This document shows, piece by piece, positions 1-7,682 of a stretch of DNA of 15,097 bases. A model generated the notes under the pieces. It was not told the DNA's origin. It searched no databases and saw only the letters and a list, made by a program, of their open reading frames with translations. This DNA is from a virus. Within the stretch, counting starts at the first letter, position 1, and each line of letters starts with the position of its first letter. Both the position numbers and the translations under genes were made by a program. Where the stretch lies: the IMG/VR virus record IMGVR_UViG_3300044957_001275. One strand, given 5' to 3'.

Positions 1-32
1 TCCAGTTCTTCTGATGTCAATCTTTTTTTCAC
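1..32 (-). CDS. Possible 5' end of a further minus-strand gene running off the left edge (GTG start, MKKRLTSEEL...)
   Basis: GTG at 32..30 overlaps the TGA stop of the lipoprotein gene as GTGA; the frame is open to the window edge. Only about 10 codons are visible. Confidence 0.3.
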   Translation of the reverse strand, partial: MKKRLTSEEL

Positions 33-238
33 GGCTTTTCTCCCTCAATCGTATCGGTTACTTCTTTGGGATCGAAACCCAACAAGCTTTCTGTGCACAT
101 TCCATCCACTAGGCATACGGGTGGGTTGCACTTCTCATTTTCCCAGTTTGCGGGATCTTGACATTCGTAACGATAGTGTCCTTGATATCCACATCCAGAT
201 AAAACTAAAATAGCCGCCGCTATTATTGCTTTTTTCAT
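29..238 (-). CDS. Small putative lipoprotein (phage spanin/lysis-type or unknown)
   Basis: 69 aa ORF; N-terminus MKKAIIAAAILVLSGCG is a lipoprotein signal peptide with lipobox LSGC. 4-nt ATGA overlap with the upstream gene. Confidence 0.7.
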   Translation of the reverse strand: MKKAIIAAAILVLSGCGYQGHYRYECQDPANWENEKCNPPVCLVDGMCTESLLGFDPKEVTDTIEGEKP

Positions 239-492
239 TCGGCATCAGCGGCTTTCTTTGCTTTCTTGTCTACTTTGTTGAACACCTGATTTATTTCAGT
301 GGTTGACAACTTGCCGTCATCAATGAATGCACGCGACAAACCCTCTATAACGGTAGCAACACCAGCGATACCAGCCATAAAAACGGCCTTCCAAATTGGA
401 ACTCCAGCTATTGTGCCAGCACCAATCACGCTAAGTCCCGAAGCTGCAAACGTTGCAACTATCCTAAGAAATATATTTTTTAATTGTTCCAT
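235..492 (-). CDS. Small membrane protein, candidate holin (r1t-like)
   Basis: Internal start MEQLKNIFLRIVATFAASGLSVIGAGTIAGVPIWKAVFMAGIAGVATVIEGLSRAF... preceded by a strong SD (CGGAGGA), so preferred over the track start at 558. Two hydrophobic segments with a charged C-terminus, next to a lipoprotein gene. Confidence 0.55.
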   Translation of the reverse strand: MEQLKNIFLRIVATFAASGLSVIGAGTIAGVPIWKAVFMAGIAGVATVIEGLSRAFIDDGKLSTTEINQVFNKVDKKAKKAADAE

Positions 493-536
493 TTTAAAAA
501 CATCCTCCGTTTGTTGTACAAAATAGTAATTACTTA

Positions 537-545
537 TGATATAAT
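537..545 (+). promoter_or_regulatory. Extended -10 promoter candidate for the plus-strand ORF at 576
   Basis: TGATATAAT (TGn + TATAAT) in the divergent intergenic region; predicted start about 24 nt upstream of ATG 576. Confidence 0.4.
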
Positions 546-575
546 TAATATGAATCAATACATAGAGAGATCTTA

Positions 576-833
576 ATGTCAGCTTGGAAAGATTTTAAAA
601 AGTCTATTGGGAATACACCACTGGCTTTATTTAATTCTCAAAATAAGGTTCCAGAACAGGTAGCAAAAGATCGAATGAATACCTGCTTAGAGTGCGAACA
701 TTTCATTAGGGCCACAAAACAGTGTGGCAAATGCTTTTGCTTTATGGAATTTAAAACAACGCTAAAAAAGTCCTTTTGCCCAATAGAAAAATGGACTGCG
801 TACAAGGAAGAAGATAGTACTCCTAGTATTTAA
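576..833 (+). CDS. Cysteine-rich small protein (putative metal-binding/zinc-ribbon-like)
   Basis: 85 aa ORF with CLEC...CGKCFCF...CPIEKW cysteine pattern; divergent from the holin-like gene. Confidence 0.65.
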   Translation: MSAWKDFKKSIGNTPLALFNSQNKVPEQVAKDRMNTCLECEHFIRATKQCGKCFCFMEFKTTLKKSFCPIEKWTAYKEEDSTPSI

Positions 834-839
834 AATACT
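825..839. terminator. Palindrome between convergent genes, weak bidirectional terminator candidate
   Basis: AGTATTT-A-AAATACT spans the TAA stop (831-833), followed by GTTTT on the plus strand; the converging minus-strand gene stops at 849. Confidence 0.25.
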
Positions 840-848
840 GTTTTCGCA

Positions 849-1589
849 TTAATAAGTTAAGTACAAATCGTTTAACTGATTATGGTGTTTGATATAAAAA
901 CCGTTTTTATGTTTATTAAACATAGTGATTTGATCAGACCCACTTCCATTCATCCCAGAAACATAATGACCTATTATACATTCTCGTGGCGTATTTGTGT
1001 TAACTGGACTTAACCCCCTGTGAATAGTGTGCCCATGCCATAAAATGGCACCGCTTTTTTTGGGCAAAAACACTTGCGACTGACCATTGCTACTCACCTC
1101 ATTATGTATGTGCGTTGCAGCTTGTTGCAAATTAGGATTTTCGTATATGGAAAAATTAAAATTCCAATGATTAGATCCGGGTACAAAAGCAAAAGGACCC
1201 GAATCAGGATCCACATCCTGCAAAGCTATCCAAAGCCCAACATAGTTTTTTGCGGAAAGAGTGTCATTTTTAATGAAATCGTGATGCCATGTTTTTTCCG
1301 TAGAGTACCATGGAGTAAAAGAAAGATGTAAACCCATTTTTTCTAATCCAACTTCATCAAATAATTCATAAACATTATCGTGACAAAGAATTTCTAGTAT
1401 TATCTTGTGGTTTATAAATGGATTTGATTCTTTCCAACCCATTTTATTTTTCATAGAAGCAACAGTTCCATCGTACTGCGGCGCATGATGATCCATCCAG
1501 TATCTTCTATATGTCTGGATAACATCATCTGGTATTAGATTTTCAGCAACTACATATCCTTTTTCTTGAAAAAAATCACGCTTATTCAT
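849..1589 (-). CDS. Phytanoyl-CoA dioxygenase (PhyH)-like Fe(II)/2-oxoglutarate oxygenase
   Basis: 246 aa; FFQEKGYVVAENLIP N-terminus, HHDF metal-binding motif, GLWIALQDVDPDSGPFAFVPGSNHW, distal His region LWHGHTIHRGLSPVNTNTPRECI. Confidence 0.85.
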   Translation of the reverse strand: MNKRDFFQEKGYVVAENLIPDDVIQTYRRYWMDHHAPQYDGTVASMKNKMGWKESNPFINHKIILEILCHDNVYELFDEVGLEKMGLHLSFTPWYSTEKTWHHDFIKNDTLSAKNYVGLWIALQDVDPDSGPFAFVPGSNHWNFNFSIYENPNLQQAATHIHNEVSSNGQSQVFLPKKSGAILWHGHTIHRGLSPVNTNTPRECIIGHYVSGMNGSGSDQITMFNKHKNGFYIKHHNQLNDLYLTY

Positions 1590-1591
1590 AT

Positions 1592-2662
1592 TTAAAGTTT
1601 ATCAGCCTCAGATATGGATATTTTTCCTCTCAAATTATTATCAACAATAACCTTTTTGGAATCATAAGCTTTCTTTAAACCCTCATCCCCTTCAAGCGTT
1701 CTATTTTGAAATAGTGGATTAGGCTTTTTGCTCAAAACATCTTGATCTTTTTGATACTCTGCGTACAGGCAATATTTTTTATAGTCATCAAAAATATTGT
1801 CCATCCAGTGAGGATAGCACCAATCGGTTAGTTCGTCCCACTCTCTAAGATAAACCATGACTTCTTCGTGTGGACTTCCCTGGCTCATGAATTCTAGATA
1901 GCCGTATCTCACTCCAGACTTGACTGTTTTTACTCCATGAGTTGCATAAAAGTTGCAGGGAAATATAACAACATCTCCCATTTTTGGTGCGTATTCTATA
2001 TTCAAGTATGGAAAGAATAATTCTCCGCCCGTGTAATTGGTGCCGTCAAGTTTTGAATGAGATTCTACGCAATCATTCATGTATGCAGAAACTGCCACTA
2101 CTTGCCTTATTTGCATTTGACCATGCGGTATGTATCGCTTGCCTTCTGTGGCCCTATAGTTAGAATCATTATCATTATGAATTCCAAGATACATTCCTTC
2201 ATCATATCTTATGATGTGACCTCTACTTCTCCACCATAAAGTTGGAAGTACCATAGGAAACTCATCTATATATCTTATAACGCACTTGTATATTTGATCT
2301 TCCCAGTACCTGAAAATATCAATCATCTTTGCCTCAGTTTTTTCGGTAACTGGCTGAAGTACTCTTACTGGAACTTCTTTGAGTTGTTCTAGGGAGAATT
2401 TGTTATGGTCTTCGTTTAGAGCGTACGTATTGCCAGCCTCATCTGTTTCATAGGTCCATCTTTGTTCATGAGCTTCTTGAGCATTTTTATCTATCCATAA
2501 AGAGATATCTTTAAGTAGCTCTTTGTCAATATTTAGGGCGTTTTCAAAAACAAGTACGGCTCCACCTAAATTTCTAACTTTTAGTTCAGATATTTCTTTT
2601 AGGCAGCTTTCATTTATGTCGGGAAATGAAGCCGAATATCTGTTATCGGTTGTTATAGACAT
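1592..2662 (-). CDS. 2OG-Fe(II) oxygenase (prolyl-4-hydroxylase-like fold)
   Basis: 356 aa; C-terminal half has GIHNDND (HxD), GGELFFPYLNIEYAPKMGDVVIFPCNFYATHGVKTVKSGVRYGYLEF (distal His plus Arg), typical of P4Hc domains. Confidence 0.8.
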   Translation of the reverse strand: MSITTDNRYSASFPDINESCLKEISELKVRNLGGAVLVFENALNIDKELLKDISLWIDKNAQEAHEQRWTYETDEAGNTYALNEDHNKFSLEQLKEVPVRVLQPVTEKTEAKMIDIFRYWEDQIYKCVIRYIDEFPMVLPTLWWRSRGHIIRYDEGMYLGIHNDNDSNYRATEGKRYIPHGQMQIRQVVAVSAYMNDCVESHSKLDGTNYTGGELFFPYLNIEYAPKMGDVVIFPCNFYATHGVKTVKSGVRYGYLEFMSQGSPHEEVMVYLREWDELTDWCYPHWMDNIFDDYKKYCLYAEYQKDQDVLSKKPNPLFQNRTLEGDEGLKKAYDSKKVIVDNNLRGKISISEADKL

Positions 2663-2667
2663 ATTTT

Positions 2668-3564
2668 TTATTGATTTAAGTATTTATCAATATCTTTCTT
2701 GATAACGTTGATTGAGACTTCAATTCCAAACTGTTGGAGCTTTGTTGGATAAGGACCGTCATCTGGTAAAACATTGGTCTTTTCCGTTACTGGATTATGA
2801 TCTCTCTTACCATCTGGTGTGTATTTTTCTGGAAACCAAGGAAGTGTCTCTCCAAAAATATTTCTTTCACCCAGCATGAATCCATTTGCATATCTCTTTA
2901 CTCTTGTCCCAGTTCTATCAACCAAAAATTTTGTGAAGTTTCCAGTTAATGGAAAGAAGGTTACTTTTCCTACTTGATCTGTGGGCTTTGCATTTGACCA
3001 GGGAACTTCCTCATCGTGGTAAGGAACTCCATTTGGCTGCAGATCGGCTTTATATGCTCCAGTTAGGTACGACCACAAAGGATGCTGATCCTGTTCTTTT
3101 ACAGAACCAGGAGCATAGTCTGAATCATATCTGTGTTTATCGTGTCTTCCGTTTGTAAGTTCGGTGAACTCATAAGTGGCACCAAAGTGTTCTTGAGCGT
3201 ACTGTTGAGCCACTTCTCCTGGAGTAAGATCTAGGTTGTTTTCCTTTATATAATTATTGAGTCCATTTTGAAATTGCTTGTATCCGTGACACATAAAATC
3301 GTCTACAACAACTGCAATAATAGAAAAATCTTGCTCGTTTTTATAAAGTTGGTTTAGCTTTTCCAAGTTACCATGCTGAGGAATGTTTCCACAGCCTGCA
3401 GCCACATTAAAAAGAAGAGTAACCTTTCCTTTTTGACCAGCAAGTAGATCCTGTTTTTTGCCATCTGCTGATCCAACTGGTATATCATATATACAAATTG
3501 GAAGTATTATTTCTGGTGACTCCATCTCTAACACTTGCCCCACTTGTTCATCAAGAATAGTCAT
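2668..3564 (-). CDS. Glutathione peroxidase/thioredoxin-fold-like protein
   Basis: 298 aa; KGKVTLLFNVAAGCGNIPQHGNLEKLNQLY matches the GPx NVASxCGxTxQ...L..L..Y region and GNFTKFLVDRTGTRVKRY matches the GPx WNFxKFLIDRxGxxVxRF region. SD AAGGAG upstream of the ATG. Confidence 0.7.
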   Translation of the reverse strand: MTILDEQVGQVLEMESPEIILPICIYDIPVGSADGKKQDLLAGQKGKVTLLFNVAAGCGNIPQHGNLEKLNQLYKNEQDFSIIAVVVDDFMCHGYKQFQNGLNNYIKENNLDLTPGEVAQQYAQEHFGATYEFTELTNGRHDKHRYDSDYAPGSVKEQDQHPLWSYLTGAYKADLQPNGVPYHDEEVPWSNAKPTDQVGKVTFFPLTGNFTKFLVDRTGTRVKRYANGFMLGERNIFGETLPWFPEKYTPDGKRDHNPVTEKTNVLPDDGPYPTKLQQFGIEVSINVIKKDIDKYLNQ

Positions 3565-3613
3565 TTTTTCTCCTTGTTAATATCATTAATTATTATAGCA
3601 TTATCAATAGTAA

Positions 3614-4006
3614 TTAGTTTTGGTCTTCCATATCATCTTGAGTCATTTTAACAACTCCGTCTGGAATAGCCGCCAACCTACAATATCCACCTGGTTCTAT
3701 CTTAGTTTTAACTATTTTACATACATTTTCTGATTCATGTAGAACACAGTTTTCGCAACGAACACCTATCTCATAATTGTCGTTGTTTTCTTCAGAAACA
3801 TATCCAACCCAAATCCCATTGCCGTCGTTGTCAGAAAGCTTTCCGTATTTTTGAGCAATTGAGAGCAGTGCATTGGCAAACTCCCTTTCGGCAGCAGCCA
3901 TCTTCATCTTTGACATATGAACTGAGTAATCTTTTTTGGAAGCTTCATCAATGTTTTTCAATTTATTAAGTTGATAGCCAACGTTAGACAACCAATAGTT
4001 ATTCAT
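3614..4006 (-). CDS. Unknown protein with C-terminal four-Cys motif
   Basis: 130 aa; CENCVLHESENVCKIVKTKIEPGGYCRL (CxxC...C...C), suggestive of a metal or Fe-S site; SD-like AAAGGA upstream. Confidence 0.6.
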   Translation of the reverse strand: MNNYWLSNVGYQLNKLKNIDEASKKDYSVHMSKMKMAAAEREFANALLSIAQKYGKLSDNDGNGIWVGYVSEENNDNYEIGVRCENCVLHESENVCKIVKTKIEPGGYCRLAAIPDGVVKMTQDDMEDQN

Positions 4007-4078
4007 ATTTTTCCTTTTTAATTAAACAAGAGTATAGATTATATAGTACTACATATTTTGATATATATCAAATAGATT

Positions 4079-4976
4079 TTAACCATCTTCAGATAGACTT
4101 CTTCTAATCATTGTTGCTTCATCTGGGCTAGTTTCTCTATTTGGCTTTTGATTCATTCTATTTTTGAGTTTACCAGCTCCAAAACCTGCTGCGCTTAATA
4201 GCGCTGCCGTTGCAGCCAACCTTAGATTTTTAGAGTTTTTAGCTCCTGCAGCAAGACTTTTTGCAACTGCCGCTCCTTCTGCTGCAAGTGTTTTAATAGC
4301 TTTATCAGGAGTCATTCTTAAAATGTCTCCAGCTGCGTCGTCAGCTATAGCCCTTGCCGCAGCTGGCGTTGTAGCAGAGGTCCTGCCTCCTGCATCAACT
4401 ACCCTAGATGCTGCTGCCGAACCCCTTGAGGATGGAGATGGAACCCCAGAAGATGCCGTAGGTGTTGTCGGTGGTGCACTAGCTGCAGCTTCCCTTGCTG
4501 CTTTTTCTGCTGCTTCTTTTGCTTCAAGAGCTTTGTTATCTTCGTCTATTAAAGATTCAATTAATTTATTTTTTGCTTCCTTTGCTTTTTCTTCTATTTT
4601 TTTTGTAGGATCTAATTTCTCTTCTATTTTTTCTTTTATCTTCTCTTGTACTTTTTCGTCAATGTCTTTTTCCTCGTCTTCTTCTTTATTTTCTTCTGTA
4701 GCTGCTTTAATTGCTGCATCAATGACTGCGTCCTTTATCCCTTTACCATCAGTAGCCAAACTTTCGCTAACCGTTTTTCCAACATCTTTTTCTTTTACTG
4801 TTGGTGGTATATCCTTCTTGACTTTTTCTCCTTCTGATTCTACGACTTCACCAACTTTTATAACTGGTTTTTTGTCCTCTGATCTTACCGCTTCTGCAAC
4901 TGGTTTTGTTTTTTTATCATCAACATCGGAAGAAGGTGCATCTGTTTTTGGGGGAGTAGAAGATCCGTGTATCCGT
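4079..4976 (-). CDS. C-terminal part of a fragmented long protein: low-complexity Lys/Glu and Ala-rich region
   Basis: Track ORF 4079-4759 uses a TTG start inside a longer open frame. Upstream in the same frame it reads ARIHGSSTPPKTDAPSSDVDDKKTKPVAEAVRSEDKKPVIKVGEVVESEGEKVKKDIPPTVKEKDVGKTVSESLATDGKG..., bounded by TGA near 4977, with no ATG. Confidence 0.55.
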
Positions 4977-5210
4977 GCTCAGCGGTTCATCGGAAGCTGG
5001 AAGTGTTGGAGCAGCAGGAATTTGCGTTCCAATTCTTCCAGCTTTAGATTGTGATACTTCTTCGTCAAATCTTCTAGCCGCTGCCTCACCACGAGTTTTT
5101 AATATGTGTTCACGATTTTCTTTTATTGCCTTTTCTCTAACTGGATCATAGACCTCACTAAATTCTCCAAAATCTGTTGCTCCGAAGCATCGTTGCAGTG
5201 CCCACAGCAT
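4920..5210 (-). CDS. Fragment of the same frame-interrupted protein
   Basis: 96 aa; FGEFSEVYDPVREKAIKENREHILKTRGEAAARRFDEEV... looks like genuine coding sequence. Its C-terminal tail runs through the repeat in a different frame from the 4079-4976 segment. No convincing SD. Confidence 0.45.
   Translation of the reverse strand: MLWALQRCFGATDFGEFSEVYDPVREKAIKENREHILKTRGEAAARRFDEEVSQSKAGRIGTQIPAAPTLPASDEPLSTDTRIFYSPKNRCTFFRC
4950..5007. repeat. 58-bp degenerate direct repeat, copy B (at a frame-change junction)
   Basis: gggggagtagaagatccgtgtatccgtgctcagcggttcatcggaagctggaagtgtt; 50/58 identical to 6202-6259, the first 22 nt identical. Confidence 0.9.
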
Positions 5211-6024
5211 CTACCGCGCCTCTGGTTTCTTGGGCGGCATCGGCTCCAAAAATTAGTTTGTATGCACCACTCTCTCCAAGACCAGCGTCTCCATAATATC
5301 CAACAAAAGGTGTAGAAAATTCTCCCTCTCCAAGATTATAATATTTTGTACCAGTAAACGCACGTTGTCTGGTTTCTGCTGAACGTGCACTCCCCTCAAG
5401 GCTTTTTCTAAACTCAGGAGCTTTTGTTTCTTCCAACATTTGTTTTCCAAGTTTGGTTTGGGGAAGCATGTGGTAAGAAAAAGTTTCTGCTCTTGATTCT
5501 TCTAAGGCTTTTGCCCTAATAAAATTGGAAGTTTCTCTGTCAATATCTTGCTTTAGAATGGCAAGCTGACTGGTATTTCCCTCATTTTTTGCGGTTGCTG
5601 CTTCTTGGTATAATGAATTTAATCGATCTCTAATTTCTCGAGATTCTGCCCCTCCTAGTCCAGCTTTTTCTGAAACTCCGTGGCCCGTCTCATGTAAAAC
5701 AGTTTTCAAAATTTTTCTATTTATTAAATCCGTTGCTTCAGCTTCTGAAACTCCAAATTTTTTAGCCATAGTTTTGGCGTTTAACATCCCTGGTGAAATC
5801 AACAGAGCATTGTCGGGAAGTTCTGTCAGGCCACTGGAATTTGGGGTTAAAATACCCCTGCTCATCGCATGCTCAACAAATTTTTGTAGTTCAGGTGCAG
5901 TTAAATGTACATTTGGTTTGGTTGACATCATTCCAGCCATTGTTTCATTTGGATTTAATATTTTCCCCAGTGGGCGTTGTAACGGATGATCGGAGCTCAA
6001 TGATGTAATATCGTCAGTAAACAT
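5158..6024 (-). CDS. Central segment of the frame-interrupted protein; metallopeptidase-like domain (HExxH)
   Basis: 288 aa; ...INRKILKTVLHETGHGVSEKAG... with a downstream acidic helix ALEESRAETFSYHML that could supply a third ligand. Open frame extends upstream to about 6114 (RSNSWIDFYISTEGPLLPLKYGDVLDKTI-M). Confidence 0.6.
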   Translation of the reverse strand: MFTDDITSLSSDHPLQRPLGKILNPNETMAGMMSTKPNVHLTAPELQKFVEHAMSRGILTPNSSGLTELPDNALLISPGMLNAKTMAKKFGVSEAEATDLINRKILKTVLHETGHGVSEKAGLGGAESREIRDRLNSLYQEAATAKNEGNTSQLAILKQDIDRETSNFIRAKALEESRAETFSYHMLPQTKLGKQMLEETKAPEFRKSLEGSARSAETRQRAFTGTKYYNLGEGEFSTPFVGYYGDAGLGESGAYKLIFGADAAQETRGAVDAVGTATMLRSNRFWRI

Positions 6025-6053
6025 AATGGTCTTATCAAGAACATCGCCGTATT

Positions 6054-6272
6054 TTAACGGGAGTAGAGGGCCTTCCGTTGAAATGTAAAAGTCAATCCAC
6101 GAATTGGATCTAAATCAATGTTTGCGTTAAGTTGCCTTAAAGCTTCAGTGTCTATATGTTTCAATGCTTCTGCAGTAGCTTTCACTGTTGCCCTTGCGGG
6201 TGGGGGAGTAGAAGATCCGTGTACCTGTGCCCAGAAGTTCATCAGGAGATGGAAGTGTTTTTGATATTTCAA
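6054..6272 (-). CDS. Short fragment of the frame-interrupted protein
   Basis: HGSSTPPPARATVKATAEALKHIDTEALRQLNANIDLDPIR looks coding; the N-terminal part of the called ORF (MKYQKHFHLLMNFW) is probably out of frame relative to real coding. Confidence 0.35.
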   Translation of the reverse strand: MKYQKHFHLLMNFWAQVHGSSTPPPARATVKATAEALKHIDTEALRQLNANIDLDPIRGLTFTFQRKALYSR

Positions 6273-6396
6273 AAGTAGCTTTCAAATCTGCATTTACTGG
6301 CTTTCCAGCACGTGCGTCTATGAATAGTTGCCTTTTATCCTCTGGAAGAGCTTGAAGAAATTTTTCATCTCTTTCAGCCACTGCTTGCAAAGTCAT
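6145..6396 (-). CDS. Fragment of the frame-interrupted protein
   Basis: MTLQAVAERDEKFLQALPEDKRQLFIDARAGKPVNADLKATFEISKTLPSPDELL...; open frame extends upstream to about 6543 (KELGPLAQENADRDYEQAISDLTKTIERFGAPRELEIAPGPIATVNNPA-M). Confidence 0.45.
   Translation of the reverse strand: MTLQAVAERDEKFLQALPEDKRQLFIDARAGKPVNADLKATFEISKTLPSPDELLGTGTRIFYSPTRKGNSESYCRSIETYRH
6202..6259. repeat. 58-bp degenerate direct repeat, copy A (at a frame-change junction)
   Basis: gggggagtagaagatccgtgtacctgtgcccagaagttcatcaggagatggaagtgtt; aligned base by base with 4950-5007, no gaps. Confidence 0.9.
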
Positions 6397-6502
6397 TGCG
6401 GGATTGTTGACTGTTGCAATTGGACCAGGGGCTATTTCAAGTTCTCTAGGTGCCCCAAACCTTTCTATGGTTTTTGTTAAGTCAGAAATTGCTTGTTCAT
6501 AA

Positions 6503-6889
6503 TCACGGTCTGCATTTTCTTGAGCTAGGGGTCCGAGCTCTTTTCATAACCCTTTGACGGGTTGCAGATTTTACTATTTCAATCATTTCTTCTTTAGAAG
6601 TAGCCCTTTGAAGAGCATCAATTGTATCTTCTACGCCACCAGTAGCTCTTATAGCTTTATTTGTTTTTTCGTCAAAGGCCATGAAACCATTTTCATCTTG
6701 GGCATACAACGCAATACCGGCTTTTTTTGTACTAGCTTTGAATTCATTTATGATAAAGGTTCTTTGAGCTGGAGTTATTTGATTCCCAAATTCTGTTTGA
6801 GACGCACGATAGGCTGCTTTTTCTTCTGGTGAAAGATTTCTGTTAGCGTCATTGATCATTTCATCAACTAATGGACCATATTTTTCCAT
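6503..6889 (-). CDS. Fragment of the frame-interrupted protein
   Basis: 128 aa; open frame extends upstream without a stop (QIIPPELGASTDPTK-MEKYGPLVDEMINDANRNLSPEEK...). No SD before the called ATG. Confidence 0.45.
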   Translation of the reverse strand: MEKYGPLVDEMINDANRNLSPEEKAAYRASQTEFGNQITPAQRTFIINEFKASTKKAGIALYAQDENGFMAFDEKTNKAIRATGGVEDTIDALQRATSKEEMIEIVKSATRQRVMKRARTPSSRKCRP

Positions 6890-7496
6890 TTTTGTTGGAT
6901 CTGTTGACGCACCGAGTTCGGGTGGAATAATCTGCTACAGTTGATGCTATAGGCTGATGTTGACCCCAAAACGGTATTTCTCTAAAATTTGCTGCTGAAC
7001 TTTGACCCGTTTCCGCCAGCCTTTGTGCTGGATTTAAATTTTTTGGAACTTTTATTAAGTGTATTCCACCATATTCGTAAGCTGAATTACCAGCACTTAT
7101 GGTTGGCTGTATTCCGGTCATATGAACTTGACCAGATAGTGTTCTAGATACTATGTCTTTATTTCTTTCAATCCAAGATCTTGCGGCAACTACATCCTCC
7201 GCTTTTGAACCTGAACTTTTTAATATGTTTACCCTTTTTCGGTATTCAGATAACAGGTCTTGACTTTGACTGACGTCAGTTCCACTTTGAAGTACAGACA
7301 TACTCTCCGCCATATTTGACAATGTTCTTCCAGTCAAATTAGCAAGTTCTTCTTTTGACTTTAGGACATTCCAAAGCCTTCCACCTCTTACGAATTCTCC
7401 GTTAAGTACGCCGCCAAAGAGATCCTCAGCTTTTGGTCCGCCGTGAAAAAGGTACTCGGAAAGATCTGCTCGCGGTAGTGGATTAGGTGCTGGCAT
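6864..7496 (-). CDS. N-terminal segment of the long frame-interrupted protein
   Basis: 210 aa; ATG preceded by SD-like AGAGG; the only start in the 4079-7496 chain with a clear ribosome site. MPAPNPLPRADLSEYLFHGGPKAEDLFGG... Confidence 0.6.
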   Translation of the reverse strand: MPAPNPLPRADLSEYLFHGGPKAEDLFGGVLNGEFVRGGRLWNVLKSKEELANLTGRTLSNMAESMSVLQSGTDVSQSQDLLSEYRKRVNILKSSGSKAEDVVAARSWIERNKDIVSRTLSGQVHMTGIQPTISAGNSAYEYGGIHLIKVPKNLNPAQRLAETGQSSAANFREIPFWGQHQPIASTVADYSTRTRCVNRSNKNGKIWSIS

Positions 7497-7528
7497 AGTT
7501 TACCTCTAAAATAAATAGTAACATTTAT

Positions 7529-7602
<74 letters not shown>

Positions 7603-7682
7603 GTAAGAGTACTATTATATCAGTATGATACTGAGAATACTATTCGGTCAACTATTCCAAATGTTGAAAAATTGGAAAACTT

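Noticed and set aside
1074-1331. Plus-strand ORF inside the PhyH-like gene
   Set aside because: Entirely antisense to a recognisable enzyme; no SD or domain signal.
2949-3158. Minus-strand 69 aa ORF inside the GPx-like gene
   Set aside because: Alternative frame of a well-supported gene.
4164-5054. Long plus-strand ORF (296 aa)
   Set aside because: Antisense shadow of the Ala/Lys/Glu-rich minus-strand coding region; low-complexity Ser/Phe/Ala composition with no plausible domain.
5253-5450. Minus-strand 65 aa ORF inside the HETGH segment
   Set aside because: Alternative frame; the larger frame carries the coherent protein sequence.
7620-7634. Odd palindrome TCAGTAT-G-ATACTGA upstream of tRNA-Gly
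   Set aside because: Too short and AT-rich to assign; could be an operator but nothing supports it.
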